A stretch of DNA of 64,000 nt, taken from the human T2T-CHM13v2.0 reference genome, Homo sapiens. This document shows positions 1 through 16,163 of this stretch, one piece after another. The notes beneath the pieces are model-generated. The model did not search any database and was not told the DNA's origin. It saw only the letters and a list, made by a program, of their open reading frames with translations. Location: assembly GCF_009914755.1 (NCBI RefSeq), contig NC_060932.1. One strand, written 5' to 3'. The translations under genes and the position numbers were made by a program. The first letter of the stretch is position 1; every line of letters begins with the position of its first letter.

Positions 1-3000
1 GGTACAAATCATGTAGTTCCGATGCTTTAAATTATATCTATTGGAAATAGACTTTCAAAATTAAAAAGCACATTGGTACATGAAAATTTTTTTAACATGC
101 CCGAGTTGTAATCTTCCTAACACAAGCCCTAAACGTTTTCAACATTTTCATAAGGTGTTGGCATTTCTAGTATGATTTTAGTAATAGTTGGCTCCAGGAC
201 TGATATTGAAAATAAATCCTGATTATGTTACAACTATAACATTTGTTTATGTTTCATTTGTTTACATATTTCAGGATTGAAAGTTATATACTTCCATGTA
301 TTTTTATTAACACTGGATTTTCAAAGGAAACTTATTTCACACTGCTAAAAAATTTCAGGTTGCTATTTCATTAGCCAGAATTTAAATGTTATTAAATAAA
401 ATTTAAGAACCATGTAAAAAATGTTTTTTCTTCAAGGAAAGAAAAGTTAGTAGCCCTAACCATTACAATTTTTATCATGTATATTAAAAAATGGGCTTAC
501 CGGCATTCCTCAACTAGTGTCTTGTTAATCCTGACCGCATAGCAAAGGTACTGAAGGGGAGCATTCTCATCCTCATCTTAGAGATCAAGTTCATGAACTT
601 GGAATGCTGCCTTCAGTTGATTCAGCTCATTATTTTCTACTGTAATTTAAATTCCCACATGAATCAGGAATCTAATAATCAAGATGCCAGTCACAATACA
701 TTTAAGGGGTATTTTCAAGTAAATGGGATGCAGCTATATATTTAAAGAAATCAAGGATTTTCACTGAAAATACAATTATTTTTGAATTTTGATTTATTTT
801 CACATAGATCAAGAACAACAGAATCTAAGCCATGTTGAAGATTGCAAGCCATCTTAGAATTGATTCCTATCCTCCAGCTTGAGTTGACGATCACATGCAA
901 AGCTACAGTCCCTTAGACAAGCACCTCAATTCCAGGTTTTGCATACAATAAACTAGGAAAGATAGTTGAGTTCCATAATAAATGACCACTCCTGCCAACA
1001 TTACCAAGACATAATACAAGACTGCTTTTACTGCCACCTCTATCTTTGGTTCACTTATAACCATATAAGTCAAAGGAATACATGGTAATGGCATACCTTT
1101 CCACAGAATCTCAGTCCCAGTCATTTATTTATTTACATACACAAATACATGCACAAATGCTCTTATTCTATTTCTTAGATAATTTGAATATCTTAATTTC
1201 CCCTATTATTTTGCAGAACAATGAAATTTTTCTTAGATGCTAGATTTTGGAAATCACTACCTAGAATAATTTTGACAAGGAAGCAAGATAAAACACAAAC
1301 ATAAAACCAAAAACCTATATAGACAACTAGCTTTGGGTAGTACTATTTTTTCTTAAGTAACATTAAATTTAAAATATACATTACACAATTATCTCATATT
1401 AGTTTGGTAGCTAAAAGTGTAATTGAATGTACACATATGCATGCTCAAGGATATTGACTGAGACATTACATAGAGGATTTTAAAATTTTAGGGAATCTAT
1501 ACGTGTATTGAACAAGGTACCATTCTACGTATATAAATAAATGATATGTTCACATTTATATTTATATTAAGCATGCATAAAAAAGATTGAGGCAAAGTTT
1601 GAAAGATCTCAGAGCTATACTGTCAGAAAAAAGTTATAGTACAATATATATAAAACATTTATTTGTAAAGGTAATATTATGCACATGAACATACATGTAC
1701 ATTTAAATATGTGTAGAAAAAACTAGAAAGAGACACTCAGATGACAGCAATATTGAAAGGGAGAATAAATAATGATGTTTATAATTTGTTCTTTATTATT
1801 TGAATTTTACCAATGGCAACATTTGTATTGTTTACATGGACAATTAGAAAAAAAAAGTCAGTGTAGATCATCCCACATCCTATTTTCCCAACTACAGTTA
1901 CAAATAAAAGCAGCTTTCAAATTATGCTGAATCATGAACTTTGGAAAGTAACATTGTAAAATTATAGGTATGTTATTTTATCTCAGTAGTCCAACTTTTT
2001 ATTTTGAAATTTTTCCTGAATGGAAGAAATACACAGGTTTAGCTTAGGAAGGGTACTGCAAAATGAAAACAAAAACCCAACATCTCCAAGCCTTAGGTAG
2101 TAGTAACAGAAACAATGACTACACATTGGCTTGGGTCCTGTCCTAACATATTCATCTTATACATGTCAATTCTTAATAAAGGGTTACTTTATGGTATTCT
2201 TTACAGTCGTTTTATCATTACAGACATTTCTTTACTGTGATAGAAAGATCTGGAACAATATATCTGTAACTTTTGTAAGAAATGATTCACAAATTTTTTT
2301 AATATTTAAAGCAAATCATGAAAAATGAATTTTAAAGAATACATAGCATCATCTATTTTTTGTAAGGCAACTAGAAATACCATTTTTAGATTAACATTTT
2401 CTGTATTTTGTCTTTTTATAACATTCAGTCAACATTAGACATCATGCTTACTTGCCAAATAAATGAATCCCTAACAAACTTTTTAGAAAAAAAAGGCTCT
2501 AAAACTAAGCATGAAGATGTCAGCAAAGAATGAATTTGAAGCATTTAGCATCTGAAATTAAAATTTAAAAGTTTAATAAAATGCATAATCAGATACATCT
2601 CTGACACACCTTTTTTCTGTCTGAAAATGGTAAAAAATTGGAAGAAAAATGCCAGTACATATACTCCTTTCTCTTATCCAGTGATATATGAATACAAGAA
2701 AGGTATGCCCAGATCTCTGCTTCTCACCATCATATTTTATGCTGAGGCTTGTTCATATGATCCCACTAAATTTGTCTTCAGGTAATCACCACAAAAATGA
2801 CTAAGTATTGTACATAACCTAAAGCAAATATGATTCATCACACTCATTTAAAACTGTCAAAAATTCATGTTTTAAACTGCACTTGTAAATTTACTGGTCA
2901 TTTCTTTACTTAACAAACGGAAAATTCTAGAAAAGAAACCAGAGAGAATGTGAAGTCTATGAGGGCAGACAAATTTATTTTTAATCCTTACATCACACGT

Positions 3001-3100
3001 ATGCACATGGTGCCTAAAACATAGTAGTATTCAACAATCACTTATTTTAAATAAAATATTAAAATTATGGAACCAATTTGCTCATCTGTTTCATAAAAAT

Positions 3101-3400
3101 AACTTGAGCAAATTTACAAGCAAATAACAAAATACCCCATTTAAAAAGTGGGCAAAGCACACGAACAGAGACTTCTCAAAAGAAGAAATTCATGTAGCCA
3201 ATAAACATATGAAAAAAAGCTCAACATCACTGATCATTAGAGAAGGGCAAATGAAAACCACAATGAGATACCATCTCATGCCAGTCAGAATGGCGATTAC
3301 TAAAACGTCAAGAAACAACAGATGCTGACGAGGTTGTGGAGAAATAGCAACACTTTTATACTGTTGGTGGGAATGTAAATGAGTTCGACCATTGTGGAAG
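3101..3400 (+). mobile_element. L1PA (about L1PA8-10) internal ORF2 3' fragment, no tail
   Basis: AAAAAGTGGGCAAAG...AAAACCACAATGAGATACCATCTCATGCCAGTCAGAATGG...CCATTGTGGAAGA parallels the L1HS ORF2 segment at about 26620-26920; no poly(A) or TSD seen. Confidence 0.85.
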
Positions 3401-3685
3401 ATAACTTCACTTGCTCTGAGGGATAGTGCTGATGTAGTGGTGAAAATACTAGGCACATATAATAAGAGTTTATTCAATGGTGATATCAAAGGCAGTTAGC
3501 TACTCAATTATTCTAACTCATTAAGACCTTAAAAATGCTTTAAGTAATAAATGGAGTAATGAATAGATAAAGAGATATCATCCAGTCTCTTTTTCATCTA
3601 ACTGTTATTAGTGATATCATCTTTATTTTTTAGTATTGGAATAAGGATATTGTGAATTGAAAACACATGTCGTTAGTAATTAAGA

Positions 3686-4537
3686 TGTTAAAGAAAAAAA
3701 ATTCATGCTACTTATTGAAGACAGTAAGGCAAACTACCTTCAAGGAAGGGGGCATGGCGGGTAGGTACAGGGATCACGGCAACGGGGTGTTGCAGTGAAG
3801 AAGGGAAATTCGACTTCACTGTAAATACAGCATGGGCCGGTGGAAATTTATAGCTAAAGAGCAGAGCAGAGTTCAGGGTATAGAAAACTACTGAGAGGAA
3901 ACATCAGTGATGCTATAGACTGAATGTTTTTGCCCCCTCAAAATTCACATGTGGAAATCCTAACCCCATGATATTAGGAGGTAGTGCTGCCTTTGGGAGG
4001 TGATTAGGTTGGACAGAGCATTCATGCATGGGATAAGTACCCATATAAAAGAGGTACTGAAAATCTACCACATCCTACCTGCCTTTTGAAGACATGAGGA
4101 GAAGATGGGCCCTCTAAGAATCAGAAAGTGGGCCTTCACCAGACGCCCAATCTTCCAGTGCCTTGATATTGAACTTTTCAACCTCCAGAGCTGTAAGAAA
4201 TAAATGTGTGTTGTTCAAGCCATTCAGTTTATGGTATTCTGTTACAGCAGCTTGAACAAGACATAGGGTAAGGGGGATCATGACTAAACCAATCTAACAG
4301 TATTAATGCTAGAGGAAGGCCAGGATGATCAGATGTCACATGGAGGATGGTGGAGGATGAGGAAACTGATCAGTTCTTGAAGGTGATCAGTTATTGAAGG
4401 TGAGTGGTTTCTGCTAAATGACTTAACAAGGTTCTTTAGCAAGAACCTTAGCAAGGTTCCTGCTAAAACTAGAGTTTATAAGGGCATGCAGAGATGTGTC
4501 TAGGAAGAACATTAGGAGCCTAACTAAAGTTTGGTCA
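3686..4537 (-). mobile_element. ERV1-class solo LTR, MER31-like, interrupted by a MaLR LTR
   Basis: Reverse complement begins TGACCAAACTTTAGTTAGGCTCCT and ends ...TTTAACA (TG...CA termini), matching my recollection of the MER31 consensus. Confidence 0.6.
3911..4263 (+). mobile_element. MaLR solo LTR (MLT1A/MST-type)
   Basis: TGCTATAGACTGAATGT...AAAATTCACATGTGGAAATCCTAACCCC start and AGAAATAAATGTGTGTTGTTCAAGCCA...CAGCAGC...AAGACA end, typical of MaLR LTRs. Confidence 0.75.
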
Positions 4538-5633
4538 AAATTTAGTTGAATTGTTGCCAAAATCAAGGCACTCCATACATCTCTAATATGGGACTGATAA
4601 TACAAACCAGAATGTTGAGTGATGAATGTTTCATAAATTGTAACCCATTATGTATGTATAATTTGACTTTAATCATAGGAAGCTTTTCAATATTGACCAA
4701 TGTAAACATTTCACGGAAATGTATGGCTATCCTACACTGCGACCAAATGGCCCATTTTACTCACAAGAAAGCTAAAGTAAAATTATGCTTACATGGGTGA
4801 TTTTTACCTTTTTAAGGTAGTATTCTCTATATGCAGACTCAGTAAATATTCCAGAATGTATGTGATTTAGGGGTGATGATTAATACATACTTAGAAGATA
4901 ACCTGCACCATAGTAAGTGTCCCATTAGAATTTATTAAAGGAATAACTAGGGAGCAGCAAATCTCAATAGTAACAGAGGAATAAAACAAGTTCTCAAAAT
5001 ATGTATTTAAAATGAAGATTACTTGCAAAGAAATTATTTACTGTTTCTGGGTCTGTGAGTTTCCTCTTTAGTATCAGAAAAGCTTATGATATTTGTTGAC
5101 ACAGATTCAGATTATATAGAAAGGTAAATAAAACAAATAATCGATAGCACCAAGATGTAATACCAAGAGCTCCATCCCCCACTTCCCTCATCTGTCTGTC
5201 TGTCTGTCTAACTATTGATATGAACTTTTCTGTTTATATACCACAGATTACAATTGCTCTACTATAGAATATAAGGATATCACTTGGTACTGCCAATTTA
5301 AACTCCAAACAGTAGTTGCAATCACTTCATGTCCTTATCAATTTTCTCTCCTTTTCAATTTTAGTAATTTTTGTGGATGTGTGCTGGCATTTCAATGTGG
5401 GTGTAGCATGTATTGCCCTGGATGATTAATAGTGTTGATAAAATTTTCATAGTTTATTGGGAATCCAGATAACCTATTCTTGTTAAGTTCAAGGATTTTT
5501 CCCCTAATTGCTTACTCTTATTAAAAATTGAGTTAGCACATCTTTATATAGTCAGAATGTGACTCATTCCTCAGACATTTGCTTTACTTTTTCTACTATA
5601 CGAGTTGATTTTTCATCTGTTGATAGTATTCTT

Positions 5634-6016
5634 TTTAAAAAAATTTATTTTAATTTTAAGTTCCTGGGTACATGTGCAGGATGTGCAGGTTTGTTACATA
5701 GGTAAATATGTGCCATGGTGGTTTGCTGCATGTATCAACCCATCATCTAGGTATTAAGCCCAGCATGCACTAGTTATTTTTCCTAATGCTCTCCCTCTTC
5801 CCAGCCCACCCCACAACAGACCCAAAGCCATTGCAACAAAAGCAAAAATTGGCAAAGGGATCTAATTAAACTATTGAGCTTCTGCACAGCAAAAGAAACT
5901 ATCATCAGAGTGAACAGACAGCCTACAGAGTGGGAGAACATTTTTGCAATCTATTCATCTGACAAACGTCTAATGTCCAGAATCTACAAAGAACTTGAAC
6001 AAAGTTACGAGAAAAT

Positions 6017-6050
<34 letters not shown>

Positions 6051-6690
6051 AAAAAAGTAGGCAAATGACATGAATGGACACTTTTCAAAAGAAGAAATTC
6101 ATGTGGCCAACAAATATCACTGATCATTAGAAAAAGGCAAATCAAAACCACAATGAGATACTATCTCATGCCAGTCAGAATGGCAATTATTAAAACGTCA
6201 AGAAAAAACAGATGCTGACAAGGTTGTGAAGAAATAGAAACACTTTTACACTGTTGGTGGGAATGTAAATTAATTCGACCATTGTGAAAAATGGTGTGGT
6301 GATTCCTCAAAGATCTAGAACCAGAAATACCATTTGACCCAGCAATCCCATTACTGGGTATATACCCAAAGGAATATAAATCACTCTATTATAAAGATAC
6401 AAGCACATGTATGTTCATTGCAGCACTATTCACAATAGCAAAGAAATGAAATCAATCCAAATGCCCATCAGTGATAGACTGGACAAAGAAAATGTGGTAC
6501 ATATACACCATGGGATACTATGCAGCCATAAAAAACAAGATCATATCCTTTTCAGGGACATGGAAGGAGCTAGAAGCCATTATTCTCAGCAAACTAACAC
6601 GGGAACAGAAAACCACATGTTCTCACTGGTAAGTGGGAGTTGAACAATGAGAACACATGGACACAGGGAGGGGGACAGCACACACACTGC
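5634..6690 (-). mobile_element. 5'-truncated, 5'-inverted (twin-primed) L1PA (about L1PA8-10)
   Basis: About 5640-5823 is the L1 3' end on the minus strand; about 5824-6690 is upstream L1 ORF2/3'UTR on the plus strand. Flanked by exact TGATAGTATTCTT at 5621-5633 and 6691-6703. Confidence 0.9.
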
Positions 6691-6899
6691 TGATAGTATT
6701 CTTGATGGACTGCAACTTTTAAACCTAATGTTGTCTAGTCTTTCATATTTTTTCCCTTTGAACTTTGTACTTTTTGCCTTCTTATTAAGACATCTTTGTT
6801 ACTTCAAGGGTTATGATCTACTTTTTAAAGATAACTTATTGTTTCACCTTTCACTATTCAATCTACAATACATCTGAAATTAGCTAATTTTTGGATGAA

Positions 6900-9202
<2,303 letters not shown>

Positions 9203-9363
9203 TATTGCTCTGTTTTTAAGCTCTCCATTTGGTTTCATTTGTACACTTACATAGCTTTGCACTTATACAACTCTGTCCTATTTACTGTAGATTTACAATA
9301 GTGATACATGTATAAGCCCTCCTTCTTTCTTTCATTCAAAGTTGTTTTGGTGAATCCTGGAGT

Positions 9364-11470
9364 GAAGCAGGCTAACTGTACACTGGTTACCACCACAGCC
9401 CATGGCATCTTGGGCTTCATTTCTACTACTTGCTTGAGTCCAGCGAGACAGAATACTCACATACGTTAAGTGAAGCAACTTCACCCCTCACACATAGGCC
9501 GCCAAGGACAGTAGAAGCCTAAGATTTGGGGTAAATCAGTCTTTAAGGATCAGTAAAACTTCCTAGGGAGGAGGGAGTATTTTCTCTGTATGACCAACTT
9601 ACACCACAGCTGAGGGACTCCAGCAAGCAGTCCACCGTTTTATACCCTCAGGACCACATAACATACTGGGCTGAATTATTGAAGAATATCTGGTTTCTAG
9701 GAGGGACAGGAGTAGATCCTGGGCTGTTCTGGCCAGCTCTCACTCATCTCAGGATGCTGCATTCCCAGCACATTCTATCTACAGTTATTCTTGAGAATTA
9801 CAAATGAGAAAGCAGGGAGGACTGCATTGATTCAATATCATTCATTATCACCTGGAGAATTATCCTGCACTTTATTCTCCCAACTCAGTTTTCCCTCTTA
9901 GCAAAGTTAGTCTGTTTCCTATGCCCATTCATCTCCCTGAATCTAGAAGTAGAGGCTTGTGTTCTTAGACCGATATAAAACCTTGACTGATAAAATCTTA
10001 GCACAATGTTGTTGAGTCATAACCAGAATTCATTTCATCAGGCCCAACAGGACCACTACTATAGGCAGGATGATCAGGTCTGCCTGGAGCAGCACCCTAG
10101 CTCAGAATCCATGGGAGAAGTTGCTAAAAGAGTTCAAAGGAGCATCCTCCAGGTGGCTTCACTCTGTGGCCAGTGAACCTGCTTCTGGATCTCTGTATTT
10201 GTGTTTCCACAATACCTGAGGTGTTTATCTGGGCAGAGCAGGAGGCACTGGAAACCCTACATGCTTCTTAAAGTTGGGCTGAAAGAAAGTCTAAAGGAAT
10301 TCTTTTGCCTAAAACAACCTTCCCGAGAGAGTTGAGAGATGCCTACTGGGCTGCTGAAGCAGTGGGTGTACAGGAGGCAGTGTCTGCCATGGTCAGGGAC
10401 AGATTTATTATCATTTGTTCCTGAGCTCTGACTCCCATGTATAGCACCAAAGATCTCATGAAAGACAAATCCAGAGTCAGTCACACTTCCTGGCAGGTCT
10501 CTAGTAAGAGACTTGGTGCACAGATTTAGGCTGCAGGTTTAATGGGGTATCTCATTCCCACGGTGCACACAGCACCCCTTCTTCTGTTTTATTGTTCGAT
10601 GAGCAATTGTTCATGGAATGGAGGTGAGACATCGGCATTTACCAGGCAAGTTTTGAGTTAGTTACATGAACTCAGTTTCCCTGTGCAATATTGTTCATGA
10701 AACCCTTACACAGAGGACTGGCAACAGTCTGGCCCTTGTTTTTTTCCTCACTGCTGGGGCACTTCCCTTTCATGCAATCAAAGAAGCTTGGTGCATTAAA
10801 GTACTGACCCACCAATGTTGTTTTAGTTATGACCCTGACATTTTGTCACCGTTGGTTAAGTTATTAAAAAGTGCCTCTGGCTCTCTCCCATGTGGCAGGT
10901 GCCAGATCCTCAATCGGTAAGCCAGGGTTCAGGTTCTGCCAGTGTACACTGTGGCATTAGCAATACTGGTTTAGTTTACTACTGATGGGAAAAGAGGGTC
11001 CCTATGGTCTGACAAAACATGGTCTGGCATGGCAGCTTACCCCCGGTAGCCACAGGTTGGGAGAGCCTAACAAAGCAATTATGCATCCAGGCCTCTGCTG
11101 CCACATCCTTTCAGGAAAAGAAGAATAACAGGTTAGTGTCCCACCCCTCACTCCTTCCAGGGTCTCTGTTTTTCACTATCATTTAGGTAGGGATTGGATT
11201 CAGTTGGTGTAGCGACCCAGTCTGCCTGTCCCAATGCTGAGGTTACTAATTCTGCGTATGCCCTTTGCCTTTGTTGCTTAACCAAGACGTTTCAGCCTCA
11301 GTCATCCAGTGCAGGAAGGGAGGTAACGTCTCTTTCAGACTTGACATGTCTGATAGTCTGATAAAATTGCCCACCCAACCAGATGGATCAGATGTCCCCA
11401 GTCACTATAGGGAACCTAGCACCCTAGTATTATTTGGTCCTATTGCTCACTTTTCTGGGATTCTATAAAA
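9364..11470 (-). mobile_element. ERVL-class LTR (MER76-like) plus adjoining degraded internal sequence
   Basis: TGAAGCAGGCTAACTGTACACTGGTTACC...GAGACAGAATACTCACA resembles a recalled ERVL LTR end; the following ~1.6 kb is more GC-rich than the flanks, with no intact ORF. Confidence 0.45.
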
Positions 11471-11489
11471 GGGAAGCGAGGATGTAGAA

Positions 11490-12168
11490 TAAAACTAACT
11501 TTTGTTCACTGTTGGGGGGAATGTAAATGGAGGAAAACGGTATGAAATGTTCTCAAAAATTAAAAATAAAACTACCATATAATCCAGGTATCTCACTTCA
11601 AGGTATATGTCCAGAGGAAATAAAATCAGTGTGATGAAAATATATCTGCCCTCCCATGCCCATTGCACCATTGTTTACAACAGCCAAGATATGGAAATAA
11701 CTACATATCTGTCAAGATATGAATAAATAAAGAAAAGGTAATATATAATATATATTTATATATACCAATATTAAATATGTAATAATATTTATAACAAATA
11801 CTATTCAGGATTTGAAAAGAAGGAAAGCCTGCCATTTGTGATAACTGAGTGAGACTGGAGGACATTAAGCAGAGTGAAATAAGCCAGACACAAAACGAAA
11901 AATACTGCATGATCTAACTTATGTAAGATATCCAAATACTCCACCTCATGAAAGCAGAGTAAAATGGTGGTTGCCACAGGCTAGGGGGAGGGGACAATGG
12001 GAAGATGTTGGTTGGTCAAAGGGTAAAAGTTTCAGTTAAACAAGATGAATAAGTTCTGGACACCTAATACACAGCATGGTGGCTACAGTTAATAATTCTA
12101 CAATAATACAATAATACATTGTGTGCTTAAAATATGCTAAGAGAATAGACCTTACTTCTTTTCACCAC
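11490..12168 (+). mobile_element. L1MA-type 3' end
   Basis: AAACTACCATATAATCCAG, GTGAAATAAGCCAGACACA, AAAATGGTGGTTGCCA, GGTCAAAGGGTAAAAGTTTCAG are L1MA 3'UTR motifs. Confidence 0.8.
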
Positions 12169-12170
12169 TC

Positions 12171-12375
12171 CTCTGATCTTAGTTATTTCTTGTCTCCTGC
12201 TAGTTTTTGAATCTGTTTGCTCTTGCTTCTTTAGTTCTTTTCATTGTGATGTTAGGGTGTTGATTTTAGATCTTTCCTGCTTTCTCTTGTGGGCATTTAG
12301 TGCTATAAATTTCCCTCTACACACTGCTTTAAATGTGTCCCAGAGATTCTGGTACGTTGTATGGTTGTTCTCATT
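12171..12375 (-). mobile_element. Internal L1PA ORF2 fragment without poly(A)
   Basis: Reverse complement aligns by eye with the L1HS at about 24286-24490 (ORF2 aa ~277-344) at high similarity. Confidence 0.85.
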
Positions 12376-12389
12376 AAAGGAGTTGTCTA

Positions 12390-12770
12390 CCCTCTCTGTC
12401 TCTGTTTCTTCCCCTCCAATTCTCCCTTAATCCATTCAAATCATACTTCCTTCTCAATATTCCACAGGAACCTCCTTTTTCAAGGTGGCTCATGACTTAT
12501 ACATTGTCAAATCAAATTCTCGATTCTTAGCTTACTTGGCCAATCAGCAGCATTGATAGTTGCTTCCTCTTTTTATGAAACTTTTTTTTCACTTGGCTTC
12601 CTGGACACAATTCATTCTTGATCATTCTTCTGCTTCACTAAGCTACATTTTCTTGGTCTCCTTTACTATTTGCTTCTCATGTTTCCAACTTGTAATTGTG
12701 TCTCCGTATTAGAACCTTACTTTCTTTCTGTATATTCAGTCTCTATGTAATCTCATCCAAACCCATAGCT
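12390..12770 (+). mobile_element. L2 remnant
   Basis: CATTGTCAAATC...CAGCAGCATT...TCACTTGGCTTCCTGGACAC...TCTCATCCA are L2 motifs. Confidence 0.6.
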
Positions 12771-13058
12771 TAAAAAAAAAAGCTGAGCATAAACAAGTTT
12801 TTATAGGTCTGTTTCTTCTTCATATTTAGCTAAGATTCTATCTACCTATAAAATGCATATTTGTCAAAAGTTAATACAATAAACAAAGATCAATGTGTAT
12901 AACAGTACAGAGAAACCCAATTAACAAAGCTCATCTATCTGATACGTCAAGAAATATGCACCTCACAATTACCGAAACAAAAAATTATGTTGTTTTCAAT
13001 TCCACAGGAAACAGTTCCAAACGTAATCATAAGCTGATCTATAGATCAATTCAAATCA

Positions 13059-13432
<374 letters not shown>

Positions 13433-15835
13433 ATCAGAAAATTCTGAACTATTTGGAAATTAAGGAACATGCATTTTTTTCAGTTTATTAAAGTATACTT
13501 TTCAAATAAAAATTGTATCTATGAAAAACATACAATGTTTTGATACATGCACTCGTTGTGAAAGGACCACCACAAATAAACTAAGTAACTAATTTGTCTA
13601 GTATTTTTTCAAGGCCGTATACCTTTCTCTCTGTATATATTTTTATCCTTAATGATTTATTGAATTACCTGTAACAACAGCAACAAGAGAGATAATTTTA
13701 AAGAAAAACAATTTTATAGGCAACTATTTTGAAATGAGAATCCACTAATGATAGATTGATTCATTGGTCATTCATTCATTAAAAAAAAAGTAATTGAGTG
13801 TGGCCAGAACTGGGGTTGACTCTGGAGTTATAGGACACAAAAGCAAAACTATTCTACTGAGTTATATTTTTAGGCAGACTCTGAATTCATGATTTGATAA
13901 AAAATATTACAGTTTTACTACACTTTTTTAGAAAATAATTTCACTAACTAAAAATTCATTGCCTATATGCTTTTCAACCTTTACATGTGACTTTATCCTT
14001 TCCTTTACATAAAAAAAAGTAGAAAGCAAAGCTCGGAAACAATACAATTAGAAAACTTGCAAGAAACCCAAGTGATAACCTAATGTAGCTTCAAGTAGGA
14101 CCTATTTATTCTGTTTATTCTGTTATAGGCTTTTACAATGTTCTTCACACTAGTCAAAATGTAATTCATGGAGCTAACAATTAAATTGTCCTATAGATCT
14201 GCAGGTCTTACTGGAAGCAGATTTTCAATAAGACCTTAAAGGAAGTTATGCATATATGTCTGGAAAATATGTATTTAGGTTATATTTTACAAGCACCTCC
14301 CCACTCCCCAGTAAAACCTGAAGTCTGTCCTTTAAAATAAGTTCTGTTAAATTCCATGTGTAGAATTGATGGTACTGATTTTAACTATAGAATAATATAA
14401 ATGCTAATTAGTGTTCCTGAAACATATCAGGGCTACTTAGTGTAATTTATCTTTAACAGTATGGAACACAATTGTTTGTAGTTATTTTCATTATTTCCAT
14501 AAACATGCTGATTTCTATAAGTAAAATGTATATTGAAATAATTTTCATAACATATTTACCTTTTCAATACATTTTAGCATATGTGCTTAGTCTTATTTAG
14601 CTTGATAAAGCCCAAAAAGTAAATTTAGGTGATTTTAAAAATATTTAAAATATTTTATATACTGAGACTTTCAGCACTCACAAAACACTTTTACACACAT
14701 TTTTTCCAAGTAATGTTCATAACGAGTCTTTGAGGCAGACAGGGCATCTTCTTCTAACAGATTAAAAAACTATGCCTCAGAGAAGTTATGTAAAGTTCAC
14801 ACCCCTAGGAAGTCAAAGACCTGATAATTAAACTGGAATTTTCAGACACTAAATCTTAGGAGCAAAATGTAATTCCCAACTATCCAAGGCTTTCATGTCC
14901 TTGCATGATCTTTTGAATTCCAAGCCACATATCCTAGGGCTTAATGGAATAAGGCAGAAATAATCTTTTTACAGTAATTTTGCTGCAAAGATGCTGTCAG
15001 GTGTCTCCACAGAGTAGAAAGATTGCAGAATATTAGCATAGCCATTAATTACAGCTACTATGCTGAGAGAAAGTGGAGAGAAAGACATTGAGGTGCTGTT
15101 GAATCATGCACAGTTCAGAGCCCGACAGAGCTGACTCCAAATACTGTCCTCACCTCTCATTGTGCATTGATATTCTAGGAAAGTAAATCAATCTATCTGA
15201 GCCTATATTTGGTTTTATCAAAAACAAGAAGATGATGGCATTCACAAGGCAAGATTATTGTAAGAATTCTACTTAAAATATCTGCATTCAAAAATCAAAT
15301 ATGAGCAAAACATTTATTACCTTGATTTCAAACTTCCATTTTCACTAATTGGAGAAGTACTTGTTTTTATTGTTGTTGTTTGTTGTTTTTGTTGTTGTTT
15401 GTTGTTGTTTTCGTTTTTAACTCATATGTATCTGTTTTTTAAAACAGTCTTCTTTGGGGATTTTCTCTTTTCAAGAGGCCTAATCTCCTCTTTCTTCACC
15501 TGGAGTGCAGATGAGAAGCTTTCATTTGCACATGTACTGGCAGAGGGGTGTTGGGTATTGGTTCTCCTTGAGCTCTGGTTAAGTTGTTTAGTTCTACCTG
15601 GCCTACATTTTTCGGCTTTTTTTTTTTTTTTTTTTTTTTCCTGTTCCCATTCTGGTAGAGCTCAGCCCACCCGGTCACTAGGCTTCTGAACTTTTTATGC
15701 TGGTTTGGACCAGGCCCTTCCAGGTTGTTTTCATGTTGGGTCAGGCACTGTTGAATTATTATGGCCCTACCAATGACTTCAGCTGGGAGAGCCCTATATT
15801 CTTTAACCACTTCCTTCTAAGTCTACGGCTCTTCT

Positions 15836-16163
15836 TTTATTTATTTATTTATTTATTTATTATTATTATTATTTTTTTTTTGAGAGGGAATCTTGCTCTG
15901 TCACCAGGCTGGAGTGCAGTGGTGCAATCTTGGCTCACTGCAACCTCTGCCTCCTGCAGGTTCAAGCAATTCTCCTGCTTCAGCCTCCCGAGTAGCTGGG
16001 AATACAGGCGTGCACCACCACGCCCAGCTAATTTTTTTGTATTTTACTAGAGACGGGGTTTCACTATGTTGGCCAGGATGGTCTCAATCTCCTGATCTCG
16101 TGATCCACTGCCTCGTCTTCCCAAAATGTTGGGATTATAGGCGTCACCCACCGCGCCCAGCCA
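15836..16163 (-). mobile_element. AluSc
   Basis: Diagnostic TGTCACCAGGCTGG (single C missing), GGCCAGGATGGTCTC and CTCGTGATCC; (TTTA)n tail; TSD core GGCTCTTCT at 15827-15835 and 16166-16174. Confidence 0.9.

Noticed and set aside
1-3100. Possible host exons in unique AT-rich sequence (ORFs 903..1124, 2131..2328)
   Set aside because: Short, non-canonical or low-complexity ORFs with no recognisable protein similarity; small exons cannot be excluded without mapping.
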